Positions 12,570-26,925 of a stretch of DNA of 64,000 nt are shown here, piece by piece; position 1 is the first letter of the stretch, and every line of letters begins with the position of its first letter. Position numbers and translations under genes: made by a program. The stretch is from positions 20,212,001-20,276,000 of the forward strand of contig JBHGNT010000009.1 in the NCBI GenBank assembly GCA_043228905.1, in the 5' to 3' direction. The notes below the pieces were generated by a model. That model was not told the origin of the DNA. It ran no database searches and saw nothing but the letters and a program-made list of their open reading frames with translations. This DNA is from Azolla caroliniana. Taxonomy: Eukaryota; Plantae; Polypodiophyta.

Positions 12570-14680
12570 GAACTCTTAAGTTAACAACCATTGGTATGGT
12601 TGTGTGTTTCAAGAGTTAAAAGAAGAAAAGTGCATATACATGTAAATAACCTTCCACTAAAGGAAATATTTGTTTTTCTTTGTTTTTTGTAACAAGAAAA
12701 TCTTAAGTGCCAGTCTCCAGAGTAGTAGGGGTTGAAGCATGTAAGTAGGTCTCTGTTGAGATACTGGTGAATAAGAAGGCATATGATGCAGCAATTCATC
12801 ATATGTGGTTTAATTGGTTTGCCGAAAGGTTCTGACTCTTGTATTTAGTTCATCTTACATGATATATTTATGTTCTAATGTGATCCGATCTTAGAACTTT
12901 TCAGTGAATTCAAGTTCATTTTGTTCATCAGGGTTTGTAATAGAGATCATGTATCAACATCAACATTAGAAGGCTGAAATGCATTCTCATCTATTCAATC
13001 AGGGCCTTCATATTTGCTCATACATGCCGCTACATGAAATTCTTATTCATGTTTTTCTAAGTTAGAAATTGGGTTTGATTTATTTATCTGCATGATCTTT
13101 TTATGTAGGGATTCTAATTCAGAATTTGTGCTGGATTTCCTACTATGGTGATTTTCATGCATGTTGAATTCTTACCCAGAGTTTTTGTTTCTTATTTAAA
13201 TTCTTTTTCAGCCCTTCTGACTTGGGTACTTCTTTTCTGTAGTGTTAGTTTCCTTATTTAAGGTTTACTTGAGTTGTCTTAACATTGAAAGTACGTTTAA
13301 AACCTTGTATCGAATATCACGAGGGTTTCCTAATTAGACATCGAGTAATGCATCTAGTTTGAAATTTATTGTCTTAGGAAGTTGCACTTGTTAAAACTAT
13401 TCGCATGTTGATTTGGTAATCTATGAACGAAAATGTATTGATTATTGTAATCGTGCCTTTATAATGGCAATTTTTGGGACATGCTAAGAGTGAAAGGATC
13501 TTGCAGATGATTAGGAAATCACTTTCTATGGTGGACACTGGACCGGCCCACATCGGTACCCTACAAATGGCCAGTTCCTTCAAGAACAAACATGCTATAA
13601 TGCATGCCCCTTTGGGAGATGACCATTTTGATCCTTTGTTTAAGAAAGTATATTGATTCTGTTTTGTATCAAATATATTAATTATGCATTAATGCTTGCT
13701 CAGAAGTCTTATTTTATTGCAGTTTTTGTTTATAATATGGTGTTACACAAAATTTCTTCGTTTAGTTGTCATTATGTTAAGGAAAAATTGCTAAACTTTT
13801 TTATGTTTCAAATTTTAATACGTGGAGATTATATTTGTATTCAAGGTTTTTGTTGGTTTGCATGAAAGCTCGACATTGTTGATTGTTTGATTATCAAAGT
13901 AGGTAACAAGGATACAATTTTCGCTTTCAAAGTTTATAATATTGTTGTGTCAAATATTAAGTTTCTTATTTATATAGATTGTTGTTAGGGATATCCACAA
14001 TGATTTTAGTCATCGAGATGAGAATGAGAATGAGCAAAATGTCCAATTGGAAATATTAAGTAAATTTCAACCTTTGGAACATAATCAAATATATCATGAA
14101 TTTGACTTTTGAAAAGAATATTTTAGAATTGATATGGCACATTTGCATGTACAACACCTTTTAATATAAAAAAGGTAAGTGCATAGGGGACAATGTTTTC
14201 ATTCATCACCCTTTGACAACCTAATGACATTAGTGCGCTATTTTCTAATGGCTTAGATTGGGATGGGTATTTGAGTGGAAAATGTACTATGAATCAATTG
14301 TGTAGAAATAAGTTACGGCAAAAAAGGTGGAGTGTCTTGTCAAGTTACGTGAAAAGGAGATTGAGAATCTGTTCACTAATGAAGACTCAATTGGTACACT
14401 TCCTAGTAAAATATGGTAGGACAAATGGGGGATGTACTACAGTTAAGTGATGGGAAATGTAAAGCTTTGAATATTCACCATTTGTAGATTTTGACCATTT
14501 GTAGTTTCAAAATCGCCTCAATGTGTAATGATAGTTTTTCATGCATTGTCATTTAGTTTACCCAAAGAGTTTTTTTATAGGTTCCACATTAGTTGTAGCC
14601 TTGTAGGATTAAGTAAAAAGCTTGTTGGCAACTTGTGTCTATCCAATCGTTGGATTTACCAATAAACTAAGAGTATATAA

Positions 14681-14713
<33 letters not shown>

Positions 14714-14974
14714 ATATTCAATTCTCAAATTGTGTTGATTCCAATACACCTAAGATTATATACATGTAATCGAAATGAAACACTTGATGAAGTTTCCCTC
14801 ATGGAGATGATGGGTTTTAACGCCCTGTTTGCAACAATGATATGTCCATAGAGCAAAGTGATCCTATATCCTACGTAGTTACATCGTATTCAAGCCGATG
14901 GACATCTCTCTTCTCTTGTCATCTCATGGAGAGCAACCAACCGGTTTCTTGTAGACGTTAAAAAAGATATCTAT

Positions 14975-15140
14975 TAGTGCATCAATCCAACCAATCAGAC
15001 AATCTATCTCTCTAAACTATATCTATCTATGCATCAACCAACCATTCTACCTATCTATCCATGCATCAATCCAACCAATCTGTCTATCTAAACGATATCT
15101 ATCTATGCATCAGCCAATTAATCTACCTACCTATCTATCT
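14975..15140. repeat. Minisatellite of (a/g)tgcatca..ccaa(ccaa)t units interspersed with (ATCT)n, upstream of the EH gene
   Basis: Four imperfect units at about 14977, 15029, 15061 and 15105. Confidence 0.75.
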
Positions 15141-15378
15141 TCTTAATACCTTATGTTGTTGATTAGTGTTGCCTGGACCTCGACCAGTGGGCTTCTCTTA
15201 AGGGCAAAAATAAAAGGAAGGGGTATTTTGGGAATTAACGAAAATAGGGAAGGGGGTATTTTGGGAAATAGCAAAAAAATGCCGGCTTTTGAATCCACCT
15301 TCAAAACTTCAGTTCTCGTTCTCCTCTCTCTCGTTCGTCATCCCGATCTTCTCTGTTTGATTCCCCTGCTGATCCGCC

Positions 15379-18300
15379 ATGGCTGCTCCCGATCCGTTCG
15401 ATTCCTACTTCCGACGTGCTGATGCGGATGGAGATGGGCGCATCAGTGGTCAAGAGGCCATCTCTTTCTTCCAAGGAGCTAACCTTAGTCGGGAAATCCT
15501 CGCCAAGGTAAGGACTTGGATGTATCCCCTTCCTCTGATCTCTTCCGATCTGTTTCTGCTTCTGCCTTCACTTTCTTGTTTTATTTTTCCTGTTACCTAC
15601 CCGTTCCTGAGAGGAGATGACATTGATTCTAAACAGAATCCATGAGAAATGATTTTTTTAACCTTTCTGATCGGGATGCTATGGATTTTGTTGGAACGAT
15701 CTAACGTAACCGTGATCTTTATTGCAATATTATTATATATATAACTTTGCACATGATGCAAATGTTGTTCTTAACCTTGGAAGTTCTTGCGGTAGGTGCA
15801 TATACATCTTTTTCACTTGATGCAATGGAGAGGAGCTTAACGTGCATATGCAGCATATGATCTACAAGCGTAAACCTTATTTTCACGCAATTCAGAAATC
15901 CATGCATGGTCCAGGTTTATACAACGTTTTTCACATGGTGCAACAGTTCATCATTACCTCGATCTACCTTTTGCTATAGATACATATACACCATTTGCAC
16001 ACAATGCAAAAAGTGGGCCTTAATCTCAATCAGTCATTTTTTTTATAGGTGTAAATATAGCATTTTCACATGATGAAAAAGTTTTTCTGAACCTTGGTCA
16101 ATTGACCTTGCTATAGACGGCACAAATACATCATTTACCTGAGATGCAATAATCTGATCTTGCCATGTATATAGCATTTTTTTAAAAAATTTATTCATAA
16201 AGTTGCTTTTTTCTCGAATTCATCTTGACTACCAATTTAACCTGCAATCTATGTGGTCGAGCATTTTCACATGATTCATAAGTTGACATTTACATGAATG
16301 CCATTTAAAAGATCCAGTAACTTAACCTGAAACCTTGCTTGTCTTATAGACATATATGCATTTTCTTATTAATCTGCATGAGTTGTTATCTGCTCTTACA
16401 GAAAAACTGAACCTTGTTCTTGGAGTCTATGAGAGAATCCTATAATGTTAATACGGTCAAAACTTTAATGTTGTGAGAACTATTTCATGTCCATCTTGGC
16501 AACTTTAGATGTAATAGAAAGAGCCATTACTTTTGGGTATGAGAGACATAGTGATCCATCACATTCTCCACCTCAACCCATTAATTCTTTTAGGTGATAA
16601 AGACCTTAGTATTTCCATCCCATTGCACATGCTAACTTTTTTGCATTTGTTGCAGATCTGGCAATATGCTGATCAACGACAATCTGGATTCCTCTCGAGG
16701 CAAGAATTTTACAATGCATTGAAGCTTGTTACAGTAGCTCAAACTGGTCGAGAGCTAACTCCAGCTATTGTGAGAAGTGCTCTACAAGGATCTGCTGCAT
16801 CACAAATTCCTCCTCCTCAGATCCAGATGACCACTGGTCCAATACCACCTCAAGTAGGAATGACTGGAAGATCGCTTCCTTCTTCATCCTTTCCAACGCA
16901 ACAATTTCCTCAATATAATCCCACAGGACCTCAAGGGAACTCCTTACCATTGCAACCTGGGGCATATTTTCCTTCAGGACCTCAAGTAAGCTCATTTACA
17001 ACACAACCTAGAGCTCCAAATCCTCAAACCACGGTAACTTTATCAGGCAGTTGGTCTGGACCTACACCTAATAATGGGTTAATAAATCAGAATGTTCAGG
17101 TTAGAGCACCTAGTACTGGTCCTATACCTAGTAATGGCATAATAAATCAGAGTGTTCAGGTCAAAGCACCTGGTGTAGTTCCTACTCCTCAAGGAGTTAA
17201 TAATACCAATGTTCCAATTCCAAAATCTGCATCACTTAGCAGCATTGAGTCAGACTTGTTTGGAGGAGATATTTTTACAATTGCTCCAGTGAAGCAAAAT
17301 GTATCAGTCCCACAACCAAATTCTATGCCAAACTTGCCAGTGCCTTTATCACAGCCAAATGCAGTAGCAACAACTATGAATTTGTCAGGAGCAAAAACAT
17401 CACAGCATAAGGAAGCACAATTTCCCAATACCTCAAATCCTGCTTCTTTTGCATTGGTTCCTACCAGCATTGCACCAGCTGCCACATCTAACCAGATGCA
17501 ACCTTTATCCATGTCTTCAATAGTGGACTCTCAGAGTCATGGTTTTAACACAGCTGATGTAAAAAACTGGCCTAAGATGACAAATCCAGATGTCCAACGT
17601 TATGCCAAGATTTTCTTTGAAGTGGACAGTGACAAGGATGGGAAGATCAATGGCATGCAAGCTCGAGATTTATTCCTTAGTTGGAAAATTCCACGAGGTA
17701 TTTTCTACATTGCTTATAAACACCAAGTTTGGCATCATGATTCTAACTTTTAAAATTCTTGAAGCAACACAATTCATAAAAAAATTTCTTTCTCTCTCTG
17801 TAGAGATTTTGAAGCAAATCTGGGACTTGTCGGATCAAGATCGTGACAGTATGTTGTCTTTGCGTGAATTCTGTCTTGCACTTTACATAATGGAAAGACA
17901 TAGGGACGGCCTTAAATTGCCTACATCTATCCAGTCTGATCAATGTTTTGATGAGTCTGGTATCCAAGCACTACGTATTGCTGAGGCTCGAGTTTTAAAT
18001 GTGCAAAATTCTGCAGCCTACAATGCATCATCTTGGCAGAATTCAGGTAGAATATGTTACAACTGTTGATATGATTTATTTAAGGGTAAAGCTCTGAAAT
18101 GTTCTGGAGTTTTCTTTATTTTCGTAACTACCCGTAAGTTTTCATAATTTTCCCATTTGTGCTTGATCAACCCCTTCTAAAGTAGTTTTATGTGCTATTT
18201 TAGCAATTGTATATAGTGCATTCATTGCCTTTTTCCCATCATATGTGTTTGTCTTAGCAATTATATGGGTGATTCCTCTCTTTTTTCTCTCTCTTTGGGA

Positions 18301-21300
18301 AAGCATTTGAGGAGTTTATGAGAAATTAGGGCATTTGGCTTAATAAAGGAAAAGTCAGGTTTATTTCAGACTTTCCCCTTTGTTTTACTGTTTCAGAAAG
18401 TAAAGCAGATTGAGCATGATCAAATTACATTAATAAGAATTTAATAGTTTTCTTGGTTGTGATGTAGGTGCTTTGCCTCAAGGTAGTGGTCGTGTGATGT
18501 CTAGATTACCACCTCGTCCAGTCCCTGTACGTCCTGGATTTTCCCCAGGACACTCATATCCTGCATCTACACAAGTATCGGCAGCACCCAAAGTAGATGA
18601 GCAGCAAAAATCTAGAGTGCCGATCCTTGAAATGAACTTTGTCAACCAATTGAGTGCAGATGATCAGTTGACACTTCAAACCAAGCATCAAGAAGCAGTA
18701 GATGCTGAGAAAAAGGTGATTATTAGTAATTTTTGCATGAGATTTATAGAGATAGTTGAACAATTTGCATGAGATCTATATTATTCCAATCTATATTCTA
18801 AGCATATGCAATCAAGATGTAAAAATTCATGCTGATCTACTGGATGTGCATTATTCTTTTTGGGATTTCTCCAGGTCTTTCTAACTGTAGGTATGGAAAG
18901 TGACTACTCTGTGACATCCACTGTTTATATGATATAATGGTTAAGAGATAATCACAGGTGTGATATTGTAACAATGAGTCAGCCAGGATTGTGATATTTG
19001 TCTGGTTGGCTGTAAAAGTTCAATGGCCACTATTTTGGTGGCCAAAACCCTTGAATTTCTAAAGAGAATACTTTCATCTTGTTGGCCATAAAAGTCCTAT
19101 GACCACTACTTCCATCGTAAGAACCTTGCATTTCCAAAGAGAACACTTATTACATAAGTGGTTTTCATTATCGGTCCTGAAATTGGTTTCCAGTACTTCT
19201 AACATCCCTATCAAGTCTATGCCAATTCCTTTATTTTACAGGAACCAACAAGGCGAGATATTTGATCTCATGATATAAACATTAGTATCTTCAAGTAGTC
19301 TTTACAAGCTACACCTTGTGAGAACAACTTTTGTTGCTCTACCCTAGCATGTTGATGGTCATATCTCAGGTTAACACCCAATGTACTCTATGGATTATTT
19401 TCCTCTCTGTGTATCTGTATCTCTGTGTTTCAATCCATCCTATGTCACGAATGTGTCTTCGATACTATTCTTCCAGTTGTTAGGTTCTATAACCACTGTG
19501 CCAATAATAGATTGGGTGTGAATTTGGAATGGTTCCAGAGTCAATAGCATTCTCTATATTCAGATATTCAATATTTTAGATTGATGTAACAAAAAGATAA
19601 CATTCAGATCTTGCAATCTAATTTTTCGAAATAATTTACAACATAAAATAAAATGTCTGATGAGTGTGGTTTTTGTATTTTGTACTAGTTTGGATCTCCC
19701 ATACTTTGAAAAACATTATATAACTCTGACTTTGTTGGTGTAGGTTCTTGAGTTAGAAAAGGAAATCATGGACTCGAAAGAAAAGATGGAGTATTATCGT
19801 TCTAAACTTCAAGATATTGTATATACCCAGATGTTCAATCTTTTCATCTTTCTTAAGTTCGTAAAATGATCGATTGCTATAGGAATGGATCTATATAATT
19901 ACACATTTATTGACTTTGCAGGTGCTTTTCAAAACTAGATGTGATAATCGACTCAATGAAATAACTGAAAGGGCTGCTGCTGACAAGCGTGAGGTTAGTA
20001 ACTCGTCTAGACCGTTTGTTAGTTCATGGTAAGTTTTCTTGTGTAGAACCAGTATTGTTTCCTCACTACAGTGAGGACAAGGATAACCTAGTATGTCTTG
20101 CCATATAATGTATAGTGAGCAAAGGTTGATACACTGGGGGATCATCAATATGCTGATCTAGTTTATTACCATCATTCCCAAAATGCCACAATACCAAGAA
20201 GCAAAGTGTTTCTAGTACCTTTTGGTACTGATATTTTCATACTTGTTGAAGACCATATTGATTGAGGGTTTATGTTTAAAGACCAGACTTATTTTCATTA
20301 TTTGGTTTTCGATATGTTGTTTGAGATCAATGGGCATTCTTTCAAGACATACCAGTTTTCACTAAAACCAGAATCTGTAAGTCTGTTGATTTGCTTATAG
20401 AAATTTAAATTAAATGTGTAGGTGGAATCATTGGCAAAGAAATATGACGAAAAATTCAAGCAGACCGGAGAATCTCAGTCTCGTCTTCTTGCTGATGAAC
20501 TGGCATTCCGTGACATCCAGGTGAGGATGAGATATGGTGCTATCGCTATTGTGCTTTGCCTGGGTTTATCATATTCAACGTGGCTATCCATTGGTTGGCA
20601 TAAATTAGGAACGAAGACTTGAGCTGTATAATGCTATAATCAGGATGGAACAAGGTGGTAATGAAAACGCTTTACTTCAGGTAACAAATTTGGTTGTGCA
20701 AATATTCACCCTTACTCTGTAAATAATGTTTAGATATAAGGGATTTGCTGTTTATAGTCTCGTGCCGATCGATTACACAATGATTTGGATGAGTTGAGGA
20801 AAGCCTTAAATGCAAAATGCAAGCAAATGAGTTTGCGGATAAAACCCACATCTCTATTAGAAATGCCTTATGGTGATTTCTTTGACTTCATTTCCTTCTA
20901 TATTCACTGTTGGTTCCAGTTTCTGGAGATTCAATAATGTAATAATGTCTTTGTGCACAGGTTGGCAACCAGGTATGCAGGAGAATGCTGCAGAATGGGA
21001 TGATGATTGGGATAAGTTTCAAGATGAAGGTTTGCTTTGCAGTAAAAAAAACATGTTCTAATAACTTCTTTTGGCTGGTGGATATATTTATCTTTTAGTA
21101 ATAAATGTTTATTATTTATTAACAAAGGTTCTGACATTAGCCATGACGTTTTACACTGAAGCATTTCTCCCCTTTTCCATCTTGTTTTTCTGCTGTCAAG
21201 CTGAGTCAAATCCTTTTTAGCAGGTTTTACATATGTTCAAGAGTTCATGGAGGAAGGCAGTGCAGGGGGCGATACAGCTAGATCAAGGACTATTACCACC

Positions 21301-22563
21301 TGGGATGATGATGATGGTGATGGTGAGGTTGTGGATGCTCTTGGAAATGGAGAGGACCAATCTGATGAGACAGAAAGCTCATCACCACAAGCTGTCAATG
21401 GTAACAGTATGAACATTAATGGCGACAATGGCCAGCATGTCTCCACACCCTCAAGTCCAAAAAGGCATGAACAAGATCTTTTCAGTGATCATGCTGAAAC
21501 CACAACGGAATCAAATATGTAAGCCCTTCAAATTTCATCTTTTAGGTTCACTAAACTACTAGAGTAGGGAAGAATTCTTCTAGTTTTCGTTTTCAAAGAT
21601 GAAGATTAAAACAAAGCTGAAAAGTTGGATAAAATTAAAGATTAAAATGAAAAGCTTAAAAGTAAAGATAAATTAAGGATGAGCACATGCTTGGATAACT
21701 GTCGGTCTTTGAGCGTCCCTTGATGTGCATGCTGCTGGTCTTAGCAATTGCAGGCAGTTAAAGCAATTAATTTAAGCTAATGCTTGATGCAGTTTTAATT
21801 CTGAGGCAAATAATAATGAAACTGGAGATGATTGGGCATCGGTCTTTAAAAATGATGATATGGATTTCCAGACAACATGGGGAACAAATGATACAAGCTC
21901 CAAGGTTTGACTGATTGTGGAAGTTGCATATAATTAATTGTGTTGGAAGCTTTTCATGTACGCTAAAAATTTTGTATTAATGTATAGTCGTCGACAGAAA
22001 AATCCAACAATAGTTCCTCCAACTTCAGTGATCCGTTCAACATGCTATCTAGTTCAGAGTATACAAAGGAGAGTGGTTTTCAAACACAAAACTCTTTTGG
22101 GTTCAACGACCCCTTTGATACAAAGTCGATTAGTCAAGATGACTTGCCTTCAGTCAGACCTATTCAGACCAAAGAACGTTCTTCTGTATTTTTTGATAAC
22201 TCTGTCCCAAGCACACCTCTTTATAATAACACATCACCTAATAGAAGCTCTAGTGGAGGATTTTTTGATAGTCATTCCATTGGAGATCCATTTGCCCGGT
22301 TTGATTCTTTCAGCAGCAGCACTATGAATGATGCTAAATACTCTTCTAGCAGTCTCACGAGATTTGATTCTTTTGGCAGCAATATCAATGATGTCAAACC
22401 CACTTCTAGTGCCTACCTGAAATTTGATTCATTCAGCGGCAATCATCCTGCAGGATTGGCACAGGGTTCTGGATTATCGTTCGATGACAATGATCCATTT
22501 TCAGGTGCTGGTCCTTTCAGAGGCACTAAAACAAATACGGACACTTCGGGTTCTTTATCATAG
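15379..22563 (+). CDS. EH1: EH-domain endocytic scaffold (AtEH1/Pan1, EPS15-like; TPLATE complex), ~13 exons
   Basis: EH1: FDSYFRRADADGDGRISGQEA...LAK|IWQYADQRQSGFLSRQEFYNALKLV. EH2: WPKMT...DSDKDGKINGMQAR...IWDLSDQDRDSMLSLREFCLALY. Coiled coil, GWQPGMQENAAEWDDDWDKF, and C-terminal DPF and (R/K)FDSF repeats. Confidence 0.93.
18082..18380. mobile_element. MITE copy 2 (opposite orientation), intronic
   Basis: Termini aagggtaaagctctgaaat and atttcagactttcccctt are inverted repeats. Internal cttgatcaacccc is shared with the other copies. Confidence 0.7.
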
Positions 22564-24729
22564 CCTTTTAATAGAGCCGCCAGCAAAATAACTTGGATTT
22601 TTGCAAGTGGAATGGAAAAGCTTTTTTCTATTACATCCAGGGTTTTCCATCTCTTTTGTTAGAGAAAGCAATGTGCTCAACGAAATAAGTTGATACGGAA
22701 TAGCAGAAAAGATAGAAGTTTTCAATCAAACACACAGATTTGTATTGATTTGTTTGCATCTGCTTACACGCTTCTTATCATATAAACATTCTTTTGGTTC
22801 ATTATTCATAATCAGATGATCTGGGACATCTTATGTATAAACATCATTTTCCACATTATAGTGTGAATAATGCCTAGTTGTGGTTTTGAAGGTCTCTCAT
22901 TAACAAATTATTATTCAGTTTTGTTTTTCTCCCTTTAAACTTGTCAAAATACTACTGCAATTTTTATCATTATTCAAGCAGTTCTTTTGTTGCTTTGCCA
23001 CTTTTGTCATTAATGGTGCAGGGACAAATTCACCTGACTTTGTCATTATAGTAATGCAATTTCGTTCATGATTCAATGAATTCTTTCATTGCCTTCTTTT
23101 CATTTGATCCCAAATCAAGTTATCCTATTAAAAGTAACGCCATAAATTTCCTTTCTTATTTGCATGAATGGTAGCTCTATTAAATTATTAAAAGGCTATG
23201 ATAATAATGTATACTTACAATGTGGTTATTGTGGCAAAACTTGATACCAGCTTCTGACTGCTTGCCTATGATGGAAAAGAATACGATGGAAAATTATTTT
23301 CTGGAAAAAGATGTGATAATTTTGGATGCAAAGAATTCACAGAACAGTTTGTGAGCACGTCCAAGTGGCTACCATCTATTGCCAATTTGTTACATCTCTT
23401 TGGAATGTAAAAAATGGTCACATATTGTTTTCTCCAAAGCAATCAATTCCAAAATATTTATTAGTGACAAGCTGAAAAACAAGCATCAGACGAGTCACAT
23501 AACTTTCTGTCCAAAAGTGATCATCCAGCATATTTATTCCTGACGAGATGAGAAACAAGCATCACATGAGTTAGCAATGAAACTCTGCGTTAAAAGTGTC
23601 ATGGAGGAAATTAGATTGCCTAAAGATGGATGAGGGTAGCATAAATGTACTCTTCACACAGTCAGGACCAGAATGTGACAGTTCCTCACAGCCATACTCA
23701 AAAGAGGTTCCCTATGTCATATCAGAGCTATGGAAGTACATTGTCATGGAAAATGATAGCTATTACAAATTTCAAATCACAATTGTAAGATATGGTTCTC
23801 AATTAGGCTTGCTTCAGCAATCCCATATGAGCGTTTTGGCAGTATGTTGATTCTTTAATTATCAGAAGTGATAACCATGGCATATTAAATCACTCAGTTC
23901 TTTGGCTTCAAAAGGACAAAGTTTTAATTAAAGATATGCATCTCTCAGCATAAAGAGCTTTTCTAAGTAAAATTTGTTTTTAGTTTTGAAGCTAGCAATT
24001 AAACACAAAATAATCGTGGCAACTTGTCAATCTGGGAAATGCTAGTGGTACTTAGAAAATATCCAAATCCGATAGGAAAGAATAATGAGTTTGTATATCA
24101 TATGATACAAAGGTACACCTTGCAATGGCATCTCTTTCATATGAACCCTAGGTTCATGATGTTCACAATGATGTTTCTAAGCACACATAACTTCAGGCAT
24201 GAAATTATTTCTTTTTCTTTTCACAAAATGCAAAAATCTGACTGTCTTATGTGTGAAAAAACTATGTTAACGCATCAAAAGAATAAAAAAGTTAGCTGCA
24301 AGTGATGCATTTGGAGACAGCATACTAAATATTATTAAAACAATTTATAGATCCTAGTAACATCCATAACTTACTCCAACAATTATTGTAGTTTAACATG
24401 CATTTGTCATGTGTTAGCATGATGGATATCTCCTCATATAACAAAACTATGTATCCTTGAATGACAATTATATCATGTCCTCCTTTACTTTTTTGGATAA
24501 TTCTCTTTAAGATGTTTAGCTGTATGAGCAAAAATTTAACATGGATAACAAAATTTAGAGATACAATATAATGTTAGTATAATTGATATACAAGTGACTG
24601 GTGCATGGCTTTATAATGCAGTTAAGTGTTGTATTATATCATTCTAGGGGTTCCGATGGTAATGTGTACTAAAATAACAGCGGCATTTCCTCTGTAATAT
24701 CAAAACAAGCTAGGCGATTAAGCTAGTGA

Positions 24730-26506
24730 TTATAACGATCCTTGTCCAGGTAATACACGCTTAAGTAAGGATGATGTTCCAGGGTTAAAATAGGCAGAAG
24801 TAAGAAGCTCATATGCTTCACAAAAAGCGGCTCGAATACTAGGGAAATTGAAAGAATTCTTCCCAATGTCATTTGAGGACATGAGGGGATCTTCAACAGC
24901 TAGTAGATACGGCTTCCGGAAATTTAAGAAACCTCTTTGCACCTTAAGGAAAAAGTGGCTATCAATGCGGCATGAAATTCCATACTGTTGCACATTCAAA
25001 CTCTTCCCATAGAAATGAAAGAAACCTGCGAGAAGAAAACCAAGCCCTATACTAATCTCTCAGAATCTCACCACAAACCTTTTGGAAACTTGTCTAGAAA
25101 TTAAAGATCATTCTACATCATAAATTATTGTCAAACAAAAAACAAATTGGTTTTGTCTTTTACATACGGACTGTTTCTTTTAGCACCTTTCTATAACATG
25201 ATGCACTATGTGCATATGATAGATAGATATATGTAAGATTTATTTTTCCAACTGTGGACTTCTCAAGGTTTATGAGCATACACACTAATGGAATCAATTA
25301 GTCCATAGGCAGTCATTAACTCCTCATCACATAATACTTCTATTCTCAAATCAATCTAATGCAAATCGGCAACGCTAAGATAGTAAGAAGTTCCCAAAGA
25401 GGTGAAATAGGTAAAACCCTACTCTGAGTTGGTGGCAAAAGCTAGACAATTGTGGGGTGGCCCAAGAAGAAGAGTATGGTGATTCATAATCACAGTTATG
25501 TGCATGAGTTCAAAGAACAAAATCCTTGAGAAAAGGACCCCCAGGCTCTTGAGCCTTTCAAAACGAGACTGTAGTCTCTTAGAATCCTTCAACAAAGGAC
25601 CTCTAGGCTCTTAAACCTTTCAAATAGCGATCTCTAAGTTTGCAAACCCCTTGCATATATCATTGACAATCGAAAAATAGAAATTAAATGCTTTAGACTA
25701 TGTACAGGAAAAATATCTGGCAATAAAATAAATATGGATGTTGAATTCTTAGGATTGTAAGAACAAAAAATACAGCACACACCTGAGTGAGCCGATGAGT
25801 AGGAGGCATCCCGACCATTGGGATGGACTTGAAGAAAAGTGTAAAGCATGACGAAAAGTGTGTAGGAGGCGATGCCGCCGCTATGATAGACCTCATTGAG
25901 TTTTTTGAGCTGAAGAAATGACTTGATCAATATGTAGAGGGGAGCTAGGGTTGGCATTCTAGCCATGGCCGAGACGATGAAATCAACGGCCCGAAGCTCC
26001 ATCTCTGGGTCCAACCTAACATCGAAGGAGAGGCGGCTCTGTCTCTCTACGAATTTTACAATGGGGATGCGGGCACGCCCTATGACCTCGACCTCTTGTG
26101 CATCTCCGGACTTATTGAGAGCCGATGCCAGAACGTTCAGCCTACTGAGTATGGATGGTTCAGATTTCCAGCCAAAACCAGAACCAGAACCTGAGCCTGA
26201 GCTTGAAGCCGAGATAATAGCTATGTCCATGTCACTGGTTCGGGGTAGATAGAGACCAGTGGCAAAAGACCCGAACGGCTTCACCTCCGCTTGCGGCCAT
26301 AGCTGTGCGATCACATGTTTCACTCTTTCCAATGCCTGTGATCGTCTCAGGTGCTCGGACGGTTGAGGTTTGGCTTTCTCATAGAAGGATATGATCTCTT
26401 CGTGGAGATGTCGCATCCTTCCCCCACCCATACCATCGTCCTTCTCGTCTGTATAGCTTCCTTCCCACAAGGGTGGCTCTTTGAACCAAGGAGCAGAGCA
26501 GGCCAT
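24730..26506 (-). CDS. TRF4/PAPD5-like non-canonical poly(A) polymerase (Pol-beta nucleotidyltransferase), 2 exons (26506-25783, 25046-24730), ~346 aa
   Basis: LHEEIISF, FGSFATGLYLPRTSDMD (GS..DxD), ARIPIVKF, SFDV, LNEVYHSGGIASY, LGFLLAGFFHFYG, LLAVEDP..NDIGKNSFNF. A GT-AG intron joins the exons in frame (1041 nt). Confidence 0.88.
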
Positions 26507-26522
26507 GGCGCTCCCAGCTCGG

Positions 26523-26524
<2 letters not shown>

Positions 26525-26558
<34 letters not shown>

Positions 26559-26576
26559 CTGACTGTTCTCTGCTCT

Positions 26577-26639
<63 letters not shown>

Positions 26640-26844
26640 GGCTCACGATCTCAAGCCACCATGATTCCTTTGCTCTCTCACTCGGCATTTCTTTCTCTCT
26701 TTCTTTCTTTCTTTCTTTCTTTCTCAAGGACACCATGATTCCTACTGATCTCTGTCATATACATATTGATATATTTATATACATACATACATACATACTG
26801 TAGCATACATTATTACATGTATGTATGTATAATATATACTTGCA

Positions 26845-26878
<34 letters not shown>

Positions 26879-26925
26879 CACACACATGTATGTCTATACA
26901 TATATGATATATTTATACACACATA
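26525..26925. repeat. Microsatellite cluster (AT)n, (CT)n, (CTTT)n, (CATA)n upstream of the TRF4-like gene
   Basis: Directly visible. Confidence 0.95.
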
